Source of the DNA: a virus
Taxonomy: Duplodnaviria; Caudoviricetes
Direction: 5' to 3' (one strand)
DNA length: 34,427 bases
IMG/VR virus record: IMGVR_UViG_3300033143_002486
Span: 1-34,427 of that record
Shown: piece after piece, positions 7,889 through 14,942 of the stretch
Position numbering within the stretch: the stretch's first letter is position 1
Layout of the letters: every line of letters begins with the position of its first letter
Notes under the pieces: generated by a model
Seen by the model: only the letters and a program-made list of their open reading frames with translations
Told to the model about the DNA's origin: nothing
Databases searched by the model: none
Made by a program: the position numbers and the translations under genes

Positions 7889-8268
7889 AAATAAGTCAGC
7901 AATTCAACAAACTCTTTCACGGGGGCATATTAAATGCTTTGTTCAACAGAGCAGGGCATTTAACCATGTTCTATCTCGATCCCGAAACGGGTATGAGCAT
8001 AGAGTTTTTGGATAGCGAAGGTAACCCATTCATTTTGCAAAAAGGTATTGAATACTCGACTATGGACGAGCTTAAACAGCTTTTGAAATTGTTTAACTTT
8101 CAATACCCTAGCAACTGGGAGAAAAAGAAATCTACACGAGACTTAACAACGGCGGAGCTTTTAGAACACGCTAAATTCATTGAGGAAATTTGTAACTCAA
8201 ATCGGATAGATATAAGCGTATTCAAAGAAGAAGCAGAACGGTTTAGAGAAACATGGAAGGACTATTAA
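7885..8268 (+). CDS. Possible NinB/Orf-like recombination accessory protein
   Basis: C-terminal STRDLTTAELLEHAKFIEEI resembles the NinB motif; adjacent to ERF. Confidence 0.4.
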   Translation: MKISQQFNKLFHGGILNALFNRAGHLTMFYLDPETGMSIEFLDSEGNPFILQKGIEYSTMDELKQLLKLFNFQYPSNWEKKKSTRDLTTAELLEHAKFIEEICNSNRIDISVFKEEAERFRETWKDY

Positions 8269-8269
8269 G

Positions 8270-8635
8270 ATGGAAAAAGTAAAATTAACAGCTAAAGAAT
8301 TTGTAAAGAGAGGGGGAAAAGAAAAGTTTAAGCGTGATGGTTATACTTATTATGTAGATTACAACCATTGCAATCCTTTTAGAATTGCAAATGAAAAAAG
8401 GACTGACAATATGGGAATAACTTCTTCTTGGAACGACTTCAACGGCATAAACGAATTTGAAGTAGTAAAAGAAAAAGTTATTGAGCGTAGGTGGAAGTAT
8501 CTACAAAATTTTGATGGCGAAACTAAACCATCACTTTGTTACTGTAATAATGAAAAAGCTGCGATACATGGTTTTTTAAAAAAGGGTTGGCATAAAGATG
8601 AAAACGACTTTATAGATGTAGAAGTAGAGAAATGA
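8270..8635 (+). CDS. Hypothetical protein
   Basis: RBS, operon context. Confidence 0.7.
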   Translation: MEKVKLTAKEFVKRGGKEKFKRDGYTYYVDYNHCNPFRIANEKRTDNMGITSSWNDFNGINEFEVVKEKVIERRWKYLQNFDGETKPSLCYCNNEKAAIHGFLKKGWHKDENDFIDVEVEK

Positions 8636-8898
8636 AACTTTTACTAATACTCCTGCCTCTTTATTTAATAGCGTGGGATTGTAGCAAAGTAATAAACGAA
8701 AATAATATGAGTCCTCAAGAGTTTTGTAGGGGTACGGCAGTTATTGTAAGTGTCGCAAAGTTTAACCTCACAATGGATAAGAGTTCATTTAAACTAGGCA
8801 ACCTAAATAAAACAACTAGGATAGACTTATACGCAAAAGTAGCAATAGAGAGCGAAGAGTGCTATCAGTCGTGTTTAAAAGCAAATAAGAGGTATTGA
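8632..8898 (+). CDS. Exported Cys-containing hypothetical protein
   Basis: Signal-peptide-like MKLLLILLPLYLIA; four Cys. Confidence 0.65.
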   Translation: MKLLLILLPLYLIAWDCSKVINENNMSPQEFCRGTAVIVSVAKFNLTMDKSSFKLGNLNKTTRIDLYAKVAIESEECYQSCLKANKRY

Positions 8899-8915
8899 CC
8901 GAGACAATCTTTAGT

Positions 8916-8963
8916 TTATGTTAAGTTAACCTGTGATATACTTATACTTATATTTTAACATAA
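8916..8963 (+). promoter_or_regulatory. Extended -10 promoter TGATATACT flanked by a 9-bp inverted repeat (candidate operator)
   Basis: TTATGTTAA 8916-8924, TTAACATAA 8955-8963, TGnTATACT 8934-8942. Confidence 0.6.
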
Positions 8964-8972
8964 GGAGAGAAA

Positions 8973-9092
8973 ATGGTTAAGTTGACAAAAGAAGTATATG
9001 ACAAATTAAAGTCCATTTCAAAAGAACTTAATATGCCAATGGCACAAGTGGTTAATATGTTGGTTAATGTATGGATAAAGGAGAATAGATGA
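8973..9092 (+). CDS. Small ribbon-helix-helix protein (39 aa), not in ORF track
   Basis: MVKLTKEVYDKLKSISKELNMPMAQVVNMLV; AAGGAG RBS; ATGA overlap with HNH. Confidence 0.7.
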   Translation: MVKLTKEVYDKLKSISKELNMPMAQVVNMLVNVWIKENR

Positions 9093-9661
9093 CTCCTTCG
9101 TTATTACCAAATGAAAAAATGAAAAAAGTAACAGATGGGGAAGGATTATATTCTATTACAAATCAAGGTAGACTTTGGAGTCATAGAAGAAATATTTTTA
9201 TGAAATGCGCAATTAATAGTGGAGGATATTATCAACATAGTTTAGCTTTAAAAAATAAGTGTAGAAATAAGAAACGATGTAGGCTAATAATGGAAGCATT
9301 TGTGCCAAATCCTAAGAACAAAAAATCTATAAACCATATTAATGGAGATAAAACAGATGATAATATTAATAACCTTGAGTGGGCGACACTTAGCGAAAAT
9401 GTACAACATGCTTACAATGTAGGGCTGCATAAAATAACAGAGAAAAAAAGAAACGCTGCAAGAACAATAGGAAAGAGAAAATACAGAATTGTGAGAGAAA
9501 GACTAGGAAAACAAAAGGCACAAGAAATTAGAAGTCTTTATAGAAAAGGCGACTTATTGCAAAAAGAAATTGCTATGATTTATGGGGTTAGCAGACAAAC
9601 CATAAGCTATATTATTAGCAATAGAACATACTCAAGAATCGGTCAAGGACACTACTTGTAA
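9089..9661 (+). CDS. HNH homing endonuclease (NUMOD4-like, HNH_3, C-terminal HTH)
   Basis: EGLYSITNQGR; INHINGDKTDDNINNLEWATLSENVQHA; QKEIAMIYGVSRQTIS. Confidence 0.9.
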   Translation: MTPSLLPNEKMKKVTDGEGLYSITNQGRLWSHRRNIFMKCAINSGGYYQHSLALKNKCRNKKRCRLIMEAFVPNPKNKKSINHINGDKTDDNINNLEWATLSENVQHAYNVGLHKITEKKRNAARTIGKRKYRIVRERLGKQKAQEIRSLYRKGDLLQKEIAMIYGVSRQTISYIISNRTYSRIGQGHYL

Positions 9662-9680
9662 AAAAGACTATAATTACAAC

Positions 9681-9791
9681 ATGATTTATAAAATACTGAT
9701 ACTAATAAAAGAGTTGTCGTATAGCGAGCTTGTAGAGTTGTACGATTTGATTAAAAAAAGATATGCGGTAGGAGCTAAAGATGACAAATGA
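9681..9791 (+). CDS. Small hypothetical protein (36 aa), not in ORF track
   Basis: Fills the gap; TATAAT just upstream, possibly leaderless. Confidence 0.4.
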   Translation: MIYKILILIKELSYSELVELYDLIKKRYAVGAKDDK

Positions 9792-10161
9792 ACAATGGAT
9801 TTTATATTTATATGGAATATACCCAAGCGGGGGGATAAGTTTGCTTGTATTTATGGTTTGTTTTTTTGCTTGGATAATATATATAATAGATGGTCTTGTA
9901 TATAAAAATGATAAAAGAAATGAAATTAATATAAATAAAGAAAACTATTTTCATACCAAAATGCCCATGAAGCTTATTACTATAATTACTATTATTGTTT
10001 TAACAATAGGAAATTTTGTACCTAAAAAAGAGATATTCTTAGCTATGATTGCAACCCCTATTCTTATTGAGAACATGAAAGACGGTAAACTAAGCAAAAT
10101 AAACAAGCTTATAGATGGAGCTTTAGATTTAGCTATTGAAAAGATAGAGGAGCAAAAATAA
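9781..10161 (+). CDS. Membrane hypothetical protein
   Basis: Two hydrophobic segments; AGGAG RBS. Confidence 0.7.
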   Translation: MTNEQWILYLYGIYPSGGISLLVFMVCFFAWIIYIIDGLVYKNDKRNEININKENYFHTKMPMKLITIITIIVLTIGNFVPKKEIFLAMIATPILIENMKDGKLSKINKLIDGALDLAIEKIEEQK

Positions 10162-10592
10162 TGTTTAATAAAATAATAATGGTAGGCAACCTATCAAAAG
10201 CCCCAGAACTTAGAAACTTACCAAGTGGTAGTGCAATATGCAACACGGCAATCGCAACCAACAGAAAGTTTAAAAGTCAAGCCGGAGAACAAAAAGAGGA
10301 AGTTTGCTTTGTAGATGTAGCTTTTTTTGGGAAACTTGCTGAGATAGCAAACCAGTATCTCAATAAAGGCTCAAAATGTTTAATCGAGGGCAGGCTTAAG
10401 CTTGACCAATGGACGGATAAAAACGGTAACAAAAGAAGTAAGCATTCAATCGCAGTGGAAACTATGCAAATGTTAGATGGTAAAAACCAAAATCCACAAC
10501 AACAAAATAAAAAACATGAGCCAAACAACGAAACAAAAAAGCCAGAGTTGCCAATTGATGATGATGATAACGATTCGGAAATCCCTTTTTGA
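10161..10592 (+). CDS. ssb: Single-stranded DNA-binding protein
   Basis: NKIIMVGNL...PELR...IEGRLK...acidic tail ending EIPF. Confidence 0.97.
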   Translation: MFNKIIMVGNLSKAPELRNLPSGSAICNTAIATNRKFKSQAGEQKEEVCFVDVAFFGKLAEIANQYLNKGSKCLIEGRLKLDQWTDKNGNKRSKHSIAVETMQMLDGKNQNPQQQNKKHEPNNETKKPELPIDDDDNDSEIPF

Positions 10593-10876
10593 TGTATCCT
10601 AGCAAAGATGAGCTTGTGAAAGACTTTAAAACAGAAGAGCATTATAGAAGAAAAACATACAACAAAGGGTCGAAGTCTGGAGTAAAGGGGGATATTGACA
10701 AAACAAACGCTAAGCTTTACAAGATATGGATTAAGGATTTAGATGTGCCGGTAGGTAGAAAGAGAAAGGTATTAAATTATCTTTTAGGTAGAACAAAAAA
10801 GAAAACAGATGAGATAGATGGTTTTTCAAGAGAACTTGACGAAGACAATAATCAAATACCGTATGTAAAGGAATAA
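10589..10876 (+). CDS. Basic hypothetical protein
   Basis: Coupled to ssb. Confidence 0.65.
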   Translation: MMYPSKDELVKDFKTEEHYRRKTYNKGSKSGVKGDIDKTNAKLYKIWIKDLDVPVGRKRKVLNYLLGRTKKKTDEIDGFSRELDEDNNQIPYVKE

Positions 10877-10877
10877 A

Positions 10878-11291
10878 ATGAATGAGTTTATAGTATGGGA
10901 TAAAAAAAGTAAAAATTTTATAGACCATAGAAAAATGACAACAGCAGTAAGTTCCACAAATTGCTTATGTTTATTTAATAACGGAGTGATATTTGATGTA
11001 AAAATAATAGCAAGTAACAGAGAAGAAGAGGGTACAGAAGACTGTGATGTTACAGTACATAAATATATCCACAAAAAAGACATAAACGACAAAAAGATTT
11101 ATGCTGATTGTAGTATAGTTGAATTTGGTAACTATAAATTTGCTGTTATGTGGAATAATGAACAATTACAATATGATTTAGTTTGTTTAGATAATAAAAG
11201 TATAGTTCCAATGAAAATAAATGAGGCTACTTGTAAACTGATAAAAATCATAGACACTATACAAGAAAACAAATTAGGACTTATAAAATGA
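10878..11291 (+). CDS. Divergent YopX-like protein
   Basis: FIVWDK...YIHKKDINDKKIY...IIDTIQEN. Confidence 0.6.
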   Translation: MNEFIVWDKKSKNFIDHRKMTTAVSSTNCLCLFNNGVIFDVKIIASNREEEGTEDCDVTVHKYIHKKDINDKKIYADCSIVEFGNYKFAVMWNNEQLQYDLVCLDNKSIVPMKINEATCKLIKIIDTIQENKLGLIK

Positions 11292-11542
11292 CTAGACAAG
11301 AGGCAAAAGATTTATTTAACAGTAGTAGAGATTCTTACGGAAAACCTAGAAAAATTATGACAACAATAGACAAAATCTATGACGACTTTGAAAGTAGAAC
11401 TTGTGATAATTGTAAGTTTCTAAGAACATCAACATTTGAAGGGAACCCATACCCTGGTTGTACCAATAAAGAAAATGGAGAACTAGCATCAGAAGCTATT
11501 CACGGAGCAGGCTGTAATAGATGGAAAGCTAAAAATGACTAA
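11288..11542 (+). CDS. Cys-rich hypothetical protein, possible Zn binding
   Basis: RTCDNCKF...C...C. Confidence 0.7.
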   Translation: MTRQEAKDLFNSSRDSYGKPRKIMTTIDKIYDDFESRTCDNCKFLRTSTFEGNPYPGCTNKENGELASEAIHGAGCNRWKAKND

Positions 11543-12047
11543 ACTACTCCCATTCTTTTATCTCTTAGCCGTGTACTTGATGTTTTCTTTATTGCCTACA
11601 CAAGCAAAAGCAAATTTAGCAGATGACTACAAAATGATGACAACTGAACAAAAGCAAGTATTGAAAAAAGCTTACGAACACGGTAAGCCATTTGACTTAG
11701 GTTATACCTTGGCAAGTATCGCTTGGCAAGAATCTAGTTGTGGAAAGTATATGGTTAATGTATTTGACCCTTCATTCGGCATTTACCATATACAAACCAA
11801 AAACGCCGTATCATTTACTAAAGTAGAAGATACAAAGTTCAACCATAACCGAGTAGCAATGTTACTTATAGACGATTTTGACTATTCAAGTGCGATATGT
11901 ATAAGTGTATTGAGGTGGTGGATAAACTATCATAAAGGCTCTTGGAGTAAAGCTGTATCTAGCTATAACGGTGGATTTAAAGGTAGTAAAGTGTATCTTA
12001 GAAAGATACGGACTAAAATTAGATTTTTAAAAGGAATTATAAAATGA
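11535..12047 (+). CDS. SLT-domain lytic transglycosylase with signal peptide (T4 Vs.1-like)
   Basis: IAWQESS catalytic Glu, SFGIYHI, AVSSYNGG; N-terminal signal. Confidence 0.85.
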   Translation: MTKLLPFFYLLAVYLMFSLLPTQAKANLADDYKMMTTEQKQVLKKAYEHGKPFDLGYTLASIAWQESSCGKYMVNVFDPSFGIYHIQTKNAVSFTKVEDTKFNHNRVAMLLIDDFDYSSAICISVLRWWINYHKGSWSKAVSSYNGGFKGSKVYLRKIRTKIRFLKGIIK

Positions 12048-12223
12048 AAAGATTTAAAATCATACTTGGTTGGATTATAGCAACATCTCCTATTTCAGGA
12101 ATATTTGCTTTTGTTGTTTGGACTAATGGTATTTATTTTGCATTAACTATTTTAACAATAACAGCTATTATTATTGGCATTGTACATTTTGGTATAAGTA
12201 TGGTTATTAAATCGGGTGGGTGA
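12044..12223 (+). CDS. Small two-TM membrane protein (59 aa), not in ORF track
   Basis: MKRFKIILGWIIATSPISGIFAFVVW...; AAGGA RBS, ATGA coupling. Confidence 0.7.
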   Translation: MKRFKIILGWIIATSPISGIFAFVVWTNGIYFALTILTITAIIIGIVHFGISMVIKSGG

Positions 12224-12227
12224 TGTA

Positions 12228-12389
12228 ATGACCGCAGAGCAAACAGTCGCAGAAGCAAAGTTATATGCTAAGTTAATGCGTAACTTCAAGAAAGCTCTTA
12301 GCAATAAAATGATTGAAATAATTGATAAAGAGAAGCCTGATGATAGAGGAAATTATCGCTTAACCGATAAGGCAAAGAGGCTTTTATGA
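12228..12389 (+). CDS. Small basic hypothetical protein (53 aa), not in ORF track
   Basis: Last ORF of the right operon; ends NYRLTDKAKRLL. Confidence 0.55.
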   Translation: MTAEQTVAEAKLYAKLMRNFKKALSNKMIEIIDKEKPDDRGNYRLTDKAKRLL

Positions 12390-12500
12390 CCCCTTTCTTT
12401 TCTGGTATGAGTATTTTTTGCTTGTTGTTCTCTTTTTGCTTGAAGATGACTTGCCCTTAATTCCCGTCTTTCCCTTGATGCCTGTTTTCCCTTTCTTCAC
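12384..12500 (-). CDS. Highly basic 38-aa microprotein, not in ORF track
   Basis: AAGGAG then GTG; MKKGKTGIKGKTGIKGKSSSSKKRTTSKKYSYQKRKGS. Confidence 0.6.
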   Translation of the reverse strand: MKKGKTGIKGKTGIKGKSSSSKKRTTSKKYSYQKRKGS

Positions 12501-12963
12501 AAATTCTCCTTAATTTTTCTTGTATGATGCCAAGCTTAGTTGGCATTTTGTCAACATACATATATTGGTCAACAAAATCTTTATTGTTTTGCACCTTGTC
12601 TCTTATCACTCCCATTGTGTTGGTTATTATGTATTGGTCGTTTCTTACTGCATTTAAACTCTTGTCAAGCTTTCTAATTTCTTCGTAAGCTCCGTTTAGT
12701 TTACTGTTATATTCCGCTGTCCGACTGTCTATAAGCCAAAGAACACCACCTATGATTGAAGAAGTTATTACAATTGTAGTTGCTATTATATAGAGTATAT
12801 TTCTAATTTCTGGCGGTTGCTTCATCTTGTCTATCTTCTCTATTAGCGACTCAAAAGCTTTATTCAGATGGTCTAACAAATGTTCAAAGTTATCCATCCG
12901 ATAATTAATTTCGAGGATATCGTCCTTTTTGTTTACATCGGTTTTTATATTCATTTTCGCCAT
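12457..12963 (-). CDS. Single-TM coiled-coil protein; holin or spanin candidate
   Basis: One central TM segment; directly after the endolysin. Confidence 0.45.
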   Translation of the reverse strand: MAKMNIKTDVNKKDDILEINYRMDNFEHLLDHLNKAFESLIEKIDKMKQPPEIRNILYIIATTIVITSSIIGGVLWLIDSRTAEYNSKLNGAYEEIRKLDKSLNAVRNDQYIITNTMGVIRDKVQNNKDFVDQYMYVDKMPTKLGIIQEKLRRICEERENRHQGKDGN

Positions 12964-13301
12964 CTTGCCTTTTTTATTCTAGTATCAATGTGTACTATAT
13001 TTTGATAGGTGTACTGTCCTATGCCGTACTTGTCGGGGTATTTATTTTTTAAGTATTCAGATACTTCGTCCTTGTGAACATCTTTGACTTGAATGTCTGC
13101 GGCTCTACCTAAAGTATGCTGAGAGCCATCTGCCCCGCCAACTTCTCTATTATGAGTAAAACATCTACATCCGCTAGTAACTATAACGGGCTTATTAAAG
13201 TGTTCCCTTAAATCGTCAAGGACTTTTACAAGCTCATAATCTACGGTATCAAAACCGCACCCACATTGACAAGCAAATTCTTTTCTTTTAAAATGTATCA
13301 T
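12951..13301 (-). CDS. Endolysin, peptidase M15A family
   Basis: EFACQCGCG, SGCRC, SQHTLGRAADI, VHIDTR. Confidence 0.92.
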   Translation of the reverse strand: MIHFKRKEFACQCGCGFDTVDYELVKVLDDLREHFNKPVIVTSGCRCFTHNREVGGADGSQHTLGRAADIQVKDVHKDEVSEYLKNKYPDKYGIGQYTYQNIVHIDTRIKKARWRK

Positions 13302-13549
13302 TCGCTAGTCAATAAATAACCGCTGCTTGCTTCTGATGTTTTAAGAGTAGTTATCCCCTTAACACACAATTGAACACCTTTTAACCATACCATTGTAGTA
13401 CCAGCACCGTTAAGTTGTATAGTTGTATCGGTGTCGAAAACTATCATAAATTTACCTGTGCAAGTAATTGACCCCGCTAGTGTTGTTACGCCTATTGTTC
13501 CTCTTCCCGCACAAATTGTTTGTACCATTTGACCGCTATAAAATTCCAT
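13298..13549 (-). CDS. Hypothetical protein
   Basis: AGGAG RBS, operon context. Confidence 0.7.
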   Translation of the reverse strand: MEFYSGQMVQTICAGRGTIGVTTLAGSITCTGKFMIVFDTDTTIQLNGAGTTMVWLKGVQLCVKGITTLKTSEASSGYLLTSE

Positions 13550-13559
13550 CTTATTCTCC

Positions 13560-13676
13560 TTATTTTTCTATTTTTCCATCTATTGATATTTCTGCTTTTC
13601 CTGTGTAAACGCATATAGTTTTTTGAATACACCCTGCGAATGAAAGCATAATTAAAATACTAATTAATATCTTCAT
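13560..13676 (-). CDS. Small lipoprotein (38 aa), not in ORF track
   Basis: MKILISILIMLSFAGC lipobox; ATGA coupling. Confidence 0.7.
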   Translation of the reverse strand: MKILISILIMLSFAGCIQKTICVYTGKAEISIDGKIEK

Positions 13677-14062
13677 TTTATTACCAAATGCTTAAGAGCA
13701 AATCTTATCACTTCGGGGGGATGTTTACTCCCTGTAACCAATGCGCTACCTCTAACGGCTCTATACATCAGAGGAACTTTCCAGCCCTCTACTCTATCCT
13801 TCTTAAGCATTTCCTTAAACAGCTTGTCGGTGTCCTCTCTTGGTATCACTTCGCTTTCACATAAAATGTCATGGATGACTGCCGACCTCACATATTTAGA
13901 GCTAAAGGGGTGTCCTACAAAACGCCAAAAGAATTTGGGTATAGACGCTCCATTGAATAAGAATCCTTTTTTAGCTGTATATTTACCGTAACTAAAATCC
14001 TCTCTTAGTCTTAAGATGTTATCTTCTAAAATGTCTACGCTAATAAATTCTGAACTAAACAT
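13673..14062 (-). CDS. DUF1353-family protein (likely start 14062)
   Basis: GFLFNGASIPKFFW...SAVIHDILC...MYRAVR. Confidence 0.85.
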   Translation of the reverse strand: MFSSEFISVDILEDNILRLREDFSYGKYTAKKGFLFNGASIPKFFWRFVGHPFSSKYVRSAVIHDILCESEVIPREDTDKLFKEMLKKDRVEGWKVPLMYRAVRGSALVTGSKHPPEVIRFALKHLVIK

Positions 14063-14598
14063 TATCCTACCTTCCAAATTCTTACATCTGTATAAACTTC
14101 AATATCTCCGGAGCTTACTGCACGCCCAAGTCCATCTGTTGCTTTTGCGTTTTGTGTATAATGGTCAATTCTAAAAGTCTTGCTTGCGGCTATTGTAAAA
14201 TATCCCGATAATGTTGAAATATCTGACCAGTATGAGTTTGCATTTGTTCCGACAATTTCCACGCTAGAATCGGCAGTATTATATAATCTTATTTTGTGTG
14301 CAGCTACATTATAGGTTGGGGCAGTTGCTTCTATGTAATAGTCTCCTTCTGGTAAAGTAATTATATTTGCCGTTAAACTTGCGCCAGAAATGTTATTTGT
14401 TACTTCTGTGTTTAAGTCTCTAATATGTTGAGTTGTCGCACTTGCCGCACCGCCCACTGTTGTATTAGCTTTCTGGTCTTGAATATGAAAAAGATTGTTT
14501 ATGTTCAAAGCCCCTTCGGTATATGTTTCTAAACTATCTAAATCATCACTTACCCCATCAACTTTTGTGTTTAAACTTTCTAAGCTTCTGACTATCAT
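14062..14598 (-). CDS. Tail-fibre-associated beta-rich protein
   Basis: Short coiled coil, then beta-rich domain (ITLPEGDYYIEA); follows the tail fibre. Confidence 0.55.
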   Translation of the reverse strand: MIVRSLESLNTKVDGVSDDLDSLETYTEGALNINNLFHIQDQKANTTVGGAASATTQHIRDLNTEVTNNISGASLTANIITLPEGDYYIEATAPTYNVAAHKIRLYNTADSSVEIVGTNANSYWSDISTLSGYFTIAASKTFRIDHYTQNAKATDGLGRAVSSGDIEVYTDVRIWKVG

Positions 14599-14939
14599 GC
14601 AAATTCTCCTATTTTTTGAGGTCTATAATATTTATGCGTTCCTGTTTCATCTTTATATTCTATTGCTTTATCATAAGGATATACATCTTTATATAGTTTA
14701 TGTTTCTCATCATCTGCAAACACTTCTTCATAATTTCCTAAAAGTGTCAGCGATGGAAAATTAGCTAGATTAAGTTTATTATCTCTAACCAAGGCTAAAG
14801 TTTTAACCCCATTATACTTTATAGGTGTAATTATATTTCCATGTGTGTAATTGCCTTCTTTATCTATCATCTTATTATCTATTAGTTCCTGTTTTAACTG
14901 TCTTATATTTGAGCAGTATATTAATTTATCCATTATCAT
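14595..14939 (-). CDS. Hypothetical protein, possible fibre chaperone
   Basis: Position directly after the tail fibre gene. Confidence 0.5.
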   Translation of the reverse strand: MIMDKLIYCSNIRQLKQELIDNKMIDKEGNYTHGNIITPIKYNGVKTLALVRDNKLNLANFPSLTLLGNYEEVFADDEKHKLYKDVYPYDKAIEYKDETGTHKYYRPQKIGEFA

Positions 14940-14942
14940 CTC

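Larger units (their letters stand above)
8895..9646 (+). mobile_element. Putative RHH + HNH homing endonuclease cassette bounded by 8-bp inverted repeats
   Basis: TTGACCGA (8895-8902) and TCGGTCAA (9639-9646); internal promoter. Confidence 0.45.

Noticed and set aside
8895-9661. Group I intron or IS element
   Set aside because: No room for a catalytic intron core, no interrupted host gene, and no transposase or target duplication.
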